From Chthoniobacterales bacterium (GTDB taxonomy: Bacteria > Verrucomicrobiota > Verrucomicrobiia > Chthoniobacterales > CAKUMP01): DNA of 15,605 nt. The stretch covers positions 1 through 15,605 of the forward strand of contig JBGTCP010000035.1 in the NCBI GenBank assembly GCA_041748815.1, read 5' to 3'. The position numbers were made by a program, and so were the translations under genes. Positions 1-7,283 of the stretch are shown here, in pieces; position 1 is the first letter of the stretch, and every line of letters starts with the position of its first letter. Below the pieces are notes generated by a model that did no database searches, was not told the DNA's origin, and saw only the letters and a list, made by a program, of their open reading frames with translations.

Positions 1-674
1 GGAGTCGAGTCCCCATGCTGAGGCTCGCACTTGGAGAAGTCGATACTCCGTCCGAGCAGGCGACAAGGGGTACCGGTCTTAAACCGCGCAACCTCGAAGC
101 CCAGCCGCCGCAAATCGTCGCTCAGCGTGGAAATGGAATCCCCCATCCTGCCACCACTCTGATTTTGTAGACCGACATGCAGCAGACCGCGCATGAAGGT
201 GCCCGTCGTGATAATGACCCGCTGTCCTTGGTAAACCACCCCTAGCGACGTGCGGACGCCGGTCACAGCATCGTTGTTCTCGAGAATCGAGGCTATATTC
301 CCCTGCTGGATCGTAAGGTTGGAAGCACGCTCGATAATGGCTTTTGCGCGAAATTGATAGGCTTTCTTGTCGCATTGGACCCTGGGTGCCCTAACGCTGG
401 GCCCCTTGCTTGCATTCAGCAGGCGGAATTGAATGCCCGTTACGTCGGCATTCTGGCCCATCACTCCGCCGAGAGCGTCAATTTCCCGCACAATATGGCC
501 TTTGGCCAAGCCCCCGATGGCGGGATTGCACGACATCTGGCCGATGGTGTCGAGATTTTGTGTCAGCAGAAGTGTTTTAGCACCAAGGCGCGATGCGGCC
601 ATTGCGGCCTCGATCCCGGCATGGCCGGCACCGACCACAATCACATCAAAGGTCTCCGGGTAGGTGAAATCCAT
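1..674 (-). CDS. mnmG: tRNA uridine-5-carboxymethylaminomethyl(34) synthesis enzyme MnmG (GidA), N-terminal ~224 aa; the 3' part lies beyond the left edge of the window
   Basis: Reverse-complement translation from the ATG at 674..672 gives MDFTYPETFDVIVVGAGHAGIEAAMAASRLGAKTLLLTQNLDTIGQMSCNPAIGGLAKGHIVREIDALGG...RFKTGTPCRL. This is the canonical FAD-binding GxGxxG N-terminus and conserved blocks of MnmG/GidA. The frame is open to position 1, which is why it is absent from the ORF track. Confidence 0.9.
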   Translation of the reverse strand, partial: MDFTYPETFDVIVVGAGHAGIEAAMAASRLGAKTLLLTQNLDTIGQMSCNPAIGGLAKGHIVREIDALGGVMGQNADVTGIQFRLLNASKGPSVRAPRVQCDKKAYQFRAKAIIERASNLTIQQGNIASILENNDAVTGVRTSLGVVYQGQRVIITTGTFMRGLLHVGLQNQSGGRMGDSISTLSDDLRRLGFEVARFKTGTPCRLLGRSIDFSKCEPQHGDST

Positions 675-751
675 GGTTATGCCGGAAGATGCTGTCGCAT
701 TGACTCCATGTCAATGCGTCAAAATGCTCTGGATTGTTCCACGTGGAACAT

Positions 752-1168
752 TTATCCGAGAATTCCGGTGCTCGCCCGCGGAAGCAACTCCGTCAGGGAC
801 GAAACAAACCGCTCACCGTCTCTGTTGACGGAGATTACAGGGAGGTCCGGATTAAATTCCGCCAATACCTGCCGACACGCGCCACACGGAGACACCGGAG
901 TCTGTGAGTCCGATACGACGACCACCGCTTTGAAAGTGCGCACCCCCTGCGCAACGGCTGCCCCTAACGCCACCCGCTCCGCGCAAATGGTCAGCCCGAA
1001 GCTAAGATTCTCCACGTTGCATCCGGCAAAAAACTCATCGTTCGTCCCGATCAGGACTGCGCCGACGTGAAATTTAGAATACGGCGCATAGGCCCGCGCC
1101 TGAACTTCCCAGGCGAGAGCCGCGGCTTCGTCGAATAGCGGTGCGGGGATTGGGAGTGCTGTGATCAT
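752..1168 (-). CDS. cdd: cytidine deaminase
   Basis: 138-aa ORF with the zinc-binding signature of small homotetrameric cytidine deaminases (PYSKFHVGAVL...GCNVEN...CAERVA...PCGACRQVL). Its start overlaps the argB stop by 4 nt (ATGA). Confidence 0.88.
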   Translation of the reverse strand: MITALPIPAPLFDEAAALAWEVQARAYAPYSKFHVGAVLIGTNDEFFAGCNVENLSFGLTICAERVALGAAVAQGVRTFKAVVVVSDSQTPVSPCGACRQVLAEFNPDLPVISVNRDGERFVSSLTELLPRASTGILG

Positions 1169-2052
1169 GCAAGAATCTGTGTCCCAACACCGGCATCCGT
1201 AAATACTTCCAACAAAAGGCCATGAGGGATGCGTCCATCAATGAAGTGCACCTTCTCCACCCCGGCATCAATGGCCTTAAACGCGCTTTCCACCTTGGGC
1301 AGCATGCCGCCGCTCAGCGTCCCGTCAGACTTCAACGATTCGCAGAGCTCACGATCCACCGTTGAGATCAGCGTGTCGGGGTCGGCAGCATCTTTCAAAA
1401 TACCTGGAACATCACTGAGATAAATGATCTTGGAGGCCTTTAACGCGCACGCGATGGCGGACGCTGCGGTATCCGCATTCACATTCAGAATTTGACCCGT
1501 AGAATCCCGCGCCAATGGCGAGACGACTGAAACAGTTTCTGTAGCAATATCTGCCTCGATGGGTGAAACGTCCACGCTTTCCACCTCACCGACGAAGCCC
1601 CAATCCAGCACCTGGCCCTCCGGAGTCGTGACTGGTTCGAGCCGGTGTGCGTAAAAGACTGTGGCTCCGGACATGCCATGAGCGTTCCCGCCAAACGCCG
1701 TGAGCGTTTTTACAATGCGCGGGTTCACAGAACGATCTAAAATTTCCTCCACCACGCCTATGGTATCAGCATCCGTAACACGTAACCCCCGGACAAAATG
1801 CGAGGGGATTTGCAGTGCTTCCAACCGCTTCGTGATGGCTTTTCCGCCCCCGTGCACAAGGACAGGGTTAATGCCGACTGCTTCCAGGAAAACGATGTCC
1901 TTCAATAACGATTCGACAATTGCGTCATCCTCCATGGCGCTGCCGCCATATTTGATCACAAATGTCTGGCCGCGAAAGCTTTGGATATATGGCAATGCTT
2001 CAATGAGAGCCTCGGTGCGGGATTCGTAAGTCGCAGAATGGTTCATGAACAT
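1165..2052 (-). CDS. argB: acetylglutamate kinase
   Basis: 295-aa ORF: YIQSFRGQTFVIKYGGSAM...VLVHGGGKAI...LNVNADTAASAIA. This is the amino-acid kinase family with ArgB-specific motifs. It is tightly packed between argJ (6-nt gap) and cdd (4-nt overlap). Confidence 0.93.
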   Translation of the reverse strand: MFMNHSATYESRTEALIEALPYIQSFRGQTFVIKYGGSAMEDDAIVESLLKDIVFLEAVGINPVLVHGGGKAITKRLEALQIPSHFVRGLRVTDADTIGVVEEILDRSVNPRIVKTLTAFGGNAHGMSGATVFYAHRLEPVTTPEGQVLDWGFVGEVESVDVSPIEADIATETVSVVSPLARDSTGQILNVNADTAASAIACALKASKIIYLSDVPGILKDAADPDTLISTVDRELCESLKSDGTLSGGMLPKVESAFKAIDAGVEKVHFIDGRIPHGLLLEVFTDAGVGTQILA

Positions 2053-2058
2053 GCGGGG

Positions 2059-3264
2059 CTATTCAGATTGATTGTAAACGACGTAGGCTGGTGTCAGGTC
2101 CGTGGTCCACACGGTTGCATCCGCAGTGCCCGCCCCGAGGCTGATCTTGATGTGCAGCTCCTTTGGCGCGACGGCTTCTGTGAGTTCAGCTTTGGTGACG
2201 CCCGCAGGCATGCCGTTTTTGACGGCTTGAAGGTCACCGTACCAGATATTAGCGCGATACTGGTCAAACTGCGCTCCTGAGTAGCCGGCTGCGCAGAGGA
2301 TGCGGCCCCAGTTGGGATCTCCTCCGCTCCAGGCGGATTTGACGAGGATGGAGTTGGCGATCGCCTTCGCCGCTAAGGTGGCCTCGTGCGTGTCTTTTGC
2401 TTCGACGACTTGCACAGCGATCACGCGGGTGATGCATTCGCCGTCTTCCACAATCTTCCGGGCGAGTTGTTGGGTCACGTGTGTCAGGGCGTATTGAAAT
2501 TGATCAAACTCCGGGGTGCCTGGTAGGATTTCCGGCAATCCCGCAGCTCCATTGGCAAGAGCCAGCACGGTATCGTTCGTGCTCATGTCGCCATCCACTG
2601 TGATGCGGTTGAATGTGAGGGTTGAAGAGTTCGTAAGCGCCTCTTGCAGAGTGTCTTGCAAAATTTTTGCGTCGGTGGTCACGAAGCACAGCATCGTCGC
2701 CATATTGGGATTTATCATGCCGGCACCTTTGGCAATACCTCCGACGTGATAGGTGCCGTGAGGCGACTTTACTTCGATGGCAAACTCCTTCGGGCGCGTA
2801 TCGCTCGTCATGATAGCGGCAGCTGCAGCGGGGCCTCCGTCGGCGGATAATCCCTCTACCAGCTGCGCGATGGCCGGCTCCATGATCTGCATGGGCAATT
2901 GCACCCCGATGCGCCCCGTTGAGGCCACGAAGACCTCCTCAGGGCGGATTTGCAAGGCGTCAGCCGCGAGTTGCGCGATTTTCTCTGCGTTCGCATGCCC
3001 AACTTCCCCCGTGCAGGCGTTTGCGTTGCCGCTATTGGCGATGATGGCACGCGGATTGCCTGACCGGAGCCTTCCCTGGCAAATTAACACCGGGGCAGCT
3101 TTCACCATGTTTGTGGTAAAGACTCCCGCTGCCGAGGTCGGTCGCTCACTGAAGATCAGTGCAAAATCCGGCTTGCCCGATTTCTTGATGCCGCACGCCA
3201 ATCCAGTTGCCAAAAAGCCCGCTGGAGCAGTCACCGCCCCGGCGATTTCAATAAAATCAATCAT
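2059..3264 (-). CDS. argJ: bifunctional ornithine acetyltransferase / N-acetylglutamate synthase ArgJ
   Basis: 401-aa ORF with conserved ArgJ blocks and the autoproteolytic ATML site (..NPNMATMLCFVTTDA..) whose Thr serves as the nucleophile. Confidence 0.93.
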   Translation of the reverse strand: MIDFIEIAGAVTAPAGFLATGLACGIKKSGKPDFALIFSERPTSAAGVFTTNMVKAAPVLICQGRLRSGNPRAIIANSGNANACTGEVGHANAEKIAQLAADALQIRPEEVFVASTGRIGVQLPMQIMEPAIAQLVEGLSADGGPAAAAAIMTSDTRPKEFAIEVKSPHGTYHVGGIAKGAGMINPNMATMLCFVTTDAKILQDTLQEALTNSSTLTFNRITVDGDMSTNDTVLALANGAAGLPEILPGTPEFDQFQYALTHVTQQLARKIVEDGECITRVIAVQVVEAKDTHEATLAAKAIANSILVKSAWSGGDPNWGRILCAAGYSGAQFDQYRANIWYGDLQAVKNGMPAGVTKAELTEAVAPKELHIKISLGAGTADATVWTTDLTPAYVVYNQSE

Positions 3265-3542
3265 AGGTGGGTCATTATAAGTCTCGGCGTCGAAGCATGC
3301 ATACGGAAAAATCTTTGAAGCGGGAGTCTGTAAAGAATTTTTGCCGGGTCAACGATTAAAGCGTATGCCGGAAAAACAGTCTGCCAAGTTTTGCAAATAG
3401 GGTTGCCAAGCGAAGTGCGAATTATTACAAACCTCTTCACTTCGACAGATCGCCCAACACTCCTTGATCCTGATCCTGTCGGGCGCAGGGTGAAGACGAT
3501 CCGCTCGCGGCGTATCCAATCACCATCTACCGGACCAATCCC

Positions 3543-5717
3543 ATGTTTGACCCTCTCTTTCTCGCTGTCATAGCCATCATTTTCGTGGCGCTTTTCGTGT
3601 TTGCGTTAGTCGCGCTTCTTTGCATCCGTAAAATCCACCCGGGCCAGGCAGGTGTGAAAACGGGCTTTGGCGGCCTCAAGGTTTCCTTCGATTGGATGCT
3701 GCGTTTCCCGCTGTTGCAGACATATCATATCGTCGATATTTCCGTCAAAAAGCTGGAGATCACGCGCAAAGGGCAGGACGGGTTGATTTGCGCGGATAAC
3801 ATTCGCGCCGATATCACTGTCGCGTTTTACATCCGCGTCGATGCGACAGTGGAAAGCGTTCGCAAAGTTGCTCAGATGCTCACGCCTGAACGTGTTTCCG
3901 ACATCAACAAACTCCGCGAACTCTTCGAGGCCAAGTTTTCCGAAGCTCTCAAGACTGCCGGCAAGCAAATGGAGTTCCAGGAACTTTTCGTCGAGCGCCT
4001 GAAGTTCCGCGATCAGATCCAAGGCACTATTGGTAAGGATCTCGATGGGTTTTTGCTTCAAGACGTTGCCATCGATTACCTGGAGCAGACGCCGTTGGAT
4101 CAGCACGATCCGAGCAATGTGCTGGATTCCGAGGGTATCAAAAAAATCACGCAGATCACGCAACGGGAGCGTGTTTTTGCCAATGAATTTTCGCAGCGCG
4201 CCCAGGTCAATGTTGAAAAAGAGAATGCCGATGCCGACATTGCCAAGCGCGAGCAGATCCGCCGCAACGAGGAGGACACAGCCAAGCAAAACCGTGCCAT
4301 TCTTGAGATCAAAACCAATGAGGAGGCCGAGGCTGAAAAAATCATCCAACTGCGCCGCCTCGAAGTGGAAAATAAACGTCTCGAGACCGACGAGTCCATC
4401 CGCTTGCGCACCGAAGATATGAACCGCGCCGTCCAGGAGCGCGAATTCACCGTCACCAAAGAAAAACAACGCCTCGAGCAGGAAGCCCTCCAGGAAGGCG
4501 AAGAGGCCCGTGTCCGCCGCGAACGCACAGTTTCACTCGCGGAGATGGACAAAGAAGTGAAAGTCGCCGATGCGGCCGTCGAAGTGGAGCGCAAACGCGC
4601 GATTGTCGTGGCAGAGCAGCGAACTGTCGTTGAGCAGGAGGAGGAAAAACGCAACACCGAAGCCCGCATGACTGCCGATCGCGTGCGCGAAGTCGCCCTC
4701 ATCGAGGCTGACATGAATGCCAAGAAGGATCAGGTTGAAAAAGTCGTCGCATCCGAGGCGCAGAAGGAATCGGAGAAAAACCTTGCTGAGGCAGACAAGA
4801 TCAAAACGGTCACGGCCGCAGAGGCTGGTCGCGAGGCCGCATTGCGCGATGCCGAGCGCATTCAGACGCTGGCCGATGCGGAATCCCGGGCTGCCGACAA
4901 AAAACGCCACGCCAAAGAGCAAGAGGCCGAAGGCCAAGCCGCAATGGAAGCCGCTCCCGGACTTGCCGAGGCAAAAGTCATCACCGCCAAAGCGGCTGCC
5001 ACCAAACTGCAGGGCATGGCTGAGGCCGAGGTTGCCAATGCGAAGGGCCAGGTCGCGGCGGATATCACTGAGAAACAAGCGCAGGCCGATGCGGAAGGCA
5101 TTCGCGATAAGGAACTAGCAAAAGCTGCCGGCGTCGAAGCACTTGGACTCGCTGAAGCCAAAGCGATCGAACAAAAAGCCCATGCCATGAAGCTCCTGCA
5201 CGAGGCCGGCCAGCAGCACGAAGAATTCCGTCTCCGCCTCGCAAAAGACCGCGACGTCGAACTGGCTGCCCTCAATGTTCAGAAAGACATTGCCGCCTCC
5301 CACTCCGAACTCGTTGGTGAAGCACTCAAGAGCGCTCACATCGACATTGTGGGTGGCGAAAACGACTTCTTCGAAAAAGTGGTGCGCAGTGTGGGTGCCG
5401 GTAAGGCGGTTGACCGCCTCGTGAACAATAGCCGCACACTGACCGACGTGAAAAACACGTTCTTCAATGGCGATCCGGAGCATTTTCAGCAGAAGTTGCG
5501 CGACCTTGTGAAAAGCTCCAGCATCACCAGTGCGGATCTTAAAAATTTGTCGGTAGCAGCGCTGATTGCCCGCCTGATGCTTACCAATCCCGACGGCGAA
5601 TCGCGCAGTCTCTTGGAATCTGCCCGCACCTTTGCGCAGCAGACCGGAATCAGCGACGCCCTGGCCACCACCGCTCTTGGCCTGAAGACTCCGACGGCGT
5701 CGACTGCCGTCAAATAA
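3543..5717 (+). CDS. flotillin-like SPFH/band-7 domain membrane protein (YqiK/FloT-like), unusually long at 724 aa
   Basis: N-terminal transmembrane helix (LFLAVIAIIFVALFVFALVALLCI). An SPFH-like domain follows. Then comes a ~350-aa Glu/Ala/Lys/Arg-rich heptad-like coiled coil (EA repeats typical of flotillins). A conserved flotillin C-terminal region closes the protein. The low-complexity coiled coil accounts for the many spurious overlapping ORFs in both strands. Confidence 0.82.
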   Translation: MFDPLFLAVIAIIFVALFVFALVALLCIRKIHPGQAGVKTGFGGLKVSFDWMLRFPLLQTYHIVDISVKKLEITRKGQDGLICADNIRADITVAFYIRVDATVESVRKVAQMLTPERVSDINKLRELFEAKFSEALKTAGKQMEFQELFVERLKFRDQIQGTIGKDLDGFLLQDVAIDYLEQTPLDQHDPSNVLDSEGIKKITQITQRERVFANEFSQRAQVNVEKENADADIAKREQIRRNEEDTAKQNRAILEIKTNEEAEAEKIIQLRRLEVENKRLETDESIRLRTEDMNRAVQEREFTVTKEKQRLEQEALQEGEEARVRRERTVSLAEMDKEVKVADAAVEVERKRAIVVAEQRTVVEQEEEKRNTEARMTADRVREVALIEADMNAKKDQVEKVVASEAQKESEKNLAEADKIKTVTAAEAGREAALRDAERIQTLADAESRAADKKRHAKEQEAEGQAAMEAAPGLAEAKVITAKAAATKLQGMAEAEVANAKGQVAADITEKQAQADAEGIRDKELAKAAGVEALGLAEAKAIEQKAHAMKLLHEAGQQHEEFRLRLAKDRDVELAALNVQKDIAASHSELVGEALKSAHIDIVGGENDFFEKVVRSVGAGKAVDRLVNNSRTLTDVKNTFFNGDPEHFQQKLRDLVKSSSITSADLKNLSVAALIARLMLTNPDGESRSLLESARTFAQQTGISDALATTALGLKTPTASTAVK

Positions 5718-5823
5718 TCGATTTACCTGACGAGTCGCTGCTGGGTGCAGGACAAATTTCTTCGATCTGATTCCCTGTAAGGGAAACAATCCATCAGCCC
5801 AAGGTTGTTCGGCGTCAGCCGGA

Positions 5824-5933
5824 CTACCCTGGGTATATTGCAATATATATACCAAGCCTGAAGGGCTTGAATCAGTCCGCCTCGATACAACCCTTTCAGG
5901 GTTTTCTCTCTCTCTGATCATGACCCAGGGTAG
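5824..5933. other. candidate structured RNA or REP/MITE-like element in a convergent intergenic region: an 11-bp outer inverted repeat enclosing three internal hairpins and a (TC)6 tract
   Basis: ctaccctgggt (5824-5834) is the exact reverse complement of acccagggtag (5923-5933). Inside lie hairpins ggtatat/atatacc (5832-5853), caagcc/ggcttg (5854-5870) and aaccct/agggtt (5889-5903), followed by tctctctctctc (5904-5915). A separate cccc-UUCG-gggg tetraloop hairpin sits at 5961-5972. Confidence 0.3.
5889..5916 (+). terminator. possible weak intrinsic terminator for the flotillin gene (6-bp stem aaccct/agggtt followed by the T/C-rich tract ttttctctctctc)
   Basis: Hairpin followed by a pyrimidine-rich run, about 170 nt downstream of the flotillin stop. 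The stem is short and GC-poor, so this call is weak. Confidence 0.25.
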
Positions 5934-6014
5934 CTAGCAACTCTGGGCTTGACGCTTTATCCCCTTCGGGGAATCCTCTAAGAAATTGGGCCTGCCCCGT
6001 CGCTGCTTTCCCGC

Positions 6015-6443
6015 TCACCCCAGCGGGTTCTTCCAGCGCAGTCCAGGGAATCGAAGGAAATCCGCATCGTTGCTGTGCAGTTCCGCTTGGTGCTCCACAG
6101 CAAGGGCTGCGAATTGCGCGTCTGTCGTCAGGTTTCCCGCTGTGCCGATAGTCGTCAGGAAATCGAGAAACAAGTCGCCGAACCTATCTCCGGGGTGCAG
6201 TATTCGCACCGGTTCCCGTTCCAGCCACTCCCGCACGCACTCGACCGCCCGCTCTACCTCCATCGGATGTTTCAGCACGCGGGGGTGGGTCATCAACCGG
6301 ATGAAACCTCCCACGGCGATCCAAGGCAGCCCAACCGGCACGCGCCCGTTCAGCAAACTTTCCCACCACATCTTGGCCTCCGCGTGTAGCGGAGCCTGGT
6401 CATTGTGGGCATAAACCAGCAGATTGATATCCGGAATGATCAT
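6015..6443 (-). CDS. vapC: type II toxin-antitoxin system toxin, PIN-domain ribonuclease VapC
   Basis: 142-aa ORF: MIIPDINLLVYA... N-terminal acidic residue, ...LTTDAQFAALAVEHQAELHSNDADF. The PIN-domain acidic residues are present. Its start overlaps the upstream antitoxin stop by 4 nt (ATGA). Confidence 0.9.
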   Translation of the reverse strand: MIIPDINLLVYAHNDQAPLHAEAKMWWESLLNGRVPVGLPWIAVGGFIRLMTHPRVLKHPMEVERAVECVREWLEREPVRILHPGDRFGDLFLDFLTTIGTAGNLTTDAQFAALAVEHQAELHSNDADFLRFPGLRWKNPLG

Positions 6444-6703
6444 GGCTGCCGTTGTTGCTTCGCCAGAAACTCCAAAGCTTCCAATTCATCCACCAGTTGG
6501 TTCAATCGCCCGGCATCCACTCCCGGTGCAAACGGCGATGAATGGGCTCTGACACGGTAGGGCTTCGCCCGCTTCAGGGGTTCCAGACCCAGCCCACGCC
6601 GCAATGCCTCATTGATCACCGCCTTCAGCGGGCGCTTGCCCAATTCCACTTCCCTGCGGATCCGCTCTGCAATTTCCTCATCGATCGTCAGTGTTGTCCG
6701 CAT
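6440..6703 (-). CDS. vapB: type II toxin-antitoxin system antitoxin VapB (MRTT..-type, PF09957-like)
   Basis: MRTTLTIDEEIAERIRREVELGKRPLKAVINEALRRGL.. is typical of VapB-family antitoxins. Start is assigned to the ATG at 6703. In-frame upstream ATGs at 6721 and 6718 and a TTG at 6724 are also possible, so the ORF could extend to 6724. Confidence 0.8.
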   Translation of the reverse strand: MRTTLTIDEEIAERIRREVELGKRPLKAVINEALRRGLGLEPLKRAKPYRVRAHSSPFAPGVDAGRLNQLVDELEALEFLAKQQRQP

Positions 6704-6728
6704 GAGAGCATCATGCATCATCAATTAA

Positions 6729-6744
6729 TGATGTCAAGACATCA
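6729..6744. promoter_or_regulatory. inverted repeat TGATGTC-aa-GACATCA immediately upstream of vapB, a candidate VapB/VapBC autoregulatory operator
   Basis: The 7-bp arms are exact reverse complements separated by 2 nt and lie 26 bp upstream of the vapB ATG. Type II TA operons are classically autorepressed through palindromes overlapping their promoter. Confidence 0.4.
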
Positions 6745-6818
6745 AATCAAGCGTAGAATCCCTTTTGCGCCTATTACTGAGAATCCGGCAATGGTTGGAT
6801 ACCGTATGTCATGTAGAT

Positions 6819-7283
6819 ATGAAAAAATTGAAAGCCTCACCCGCGTCTTCCGCGAAACTCACCGCCAGCCTCAACCAGGTGCTTGCAGATTCTTATGCGC
6901 TGATGGCCCTCACCCACCTTGCTCACTGGAATGTGGAAGGCCCGGGGTTTTTTGCACTGCACTCCGCGTTTCAAACCCAATATGAAGAACTTTTCACGGC
7001 CGTGGACGAAATTGCTGAGCGCATTCGTTCCCTCGGCGCTTACGCCACTGGCGGTCTCGGGGCACTGGCCAACGCCGCGCAAATCAAAGAATTTAAAGCA
7101 CCGCTTAAGCAGGAAGAATACGTCAGCGCGTTGCTCGACGCGCACGCAAAGCTCGTCACGGATGCCGAGGCCGCCCGCGATCTGGCAGGCGAGGCCAACG
7201 ACCCGGAGAGCGAAGATCTCATGGTAGCACGCATCACCCTTCATCAGAAAACCCTCTGGATGCTTAAGAGCTTTTTGAAATAG
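6819..7283 (+). CDS. dps: DNA starvation/stationary phase protection protein Dps (ferritin-like)
   Basis: ..LNQVLADSYALMALTHLAHWNVEGPGFFALHSAFQTQYEELFTAVDEIAERIRSLG.. matches Dps ferroxidase-centre helices. The ATG at 6819 (MKKLKAS..) gives the typical ~154-aa length. The longer track ORF from 6765 starts on a non-ATG codon and is less likely. Confidence 0.88.
   Translation: MKKLKASPASSAKLTASLNQVLADSYALMALTHLAHWNVEGPGFFALHSAFQTQYEELFTAVDEIAERIRSLGAYATGGLGALANAAQIKEFKAPLKQEEYVSALLDAHAKLVTDAEAARDLAGEANDPESEDLMVARITLHQKTLWMLKSFLK

Noticed and set aside
354-1070. 238-aa plus-strand ORF, and the 79..375 and 433..663 ORFs
   Set aside because: They are antisense to mnmG and cdd, which have unambiguous homology on the minus strand. 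Their translations have no domain features.
2777-3280. 167-aa plus-strand ORF and other small ORFs antisense to argJ and argB
   Set aside because: They overlap high-confidence arg genes on the opposite strand and are spurious.
3606-5275. Six long ORFs (up to 287 aa) on both strands overlapping the flotillin gene (3606..4469-, 4100..4723-, 4533..5078-, 4862..5275-, 4030..4422+, 4717..5118+)
   Set aside because: They lie entirely within the Glu/Ala/Lys-rich coiled-coil coding region. Their translations are low-complexity (Ser/Arg/Ala or Leu/Phe/Gly runs) with no domain signatures. They are a typical artefact of repetitive GAA/GCC-rich coding sequence.
5115-5921. 268-aa minus-strand ORF spanning the flotillin 3' end and extending into the structured intergenic region
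   Set aside because: It is antisense to a confidently called gene for most of its length and has no recognisable motifs. Its extension into the intergenic region is simply the absence of a stop in AT-shifted sequence.
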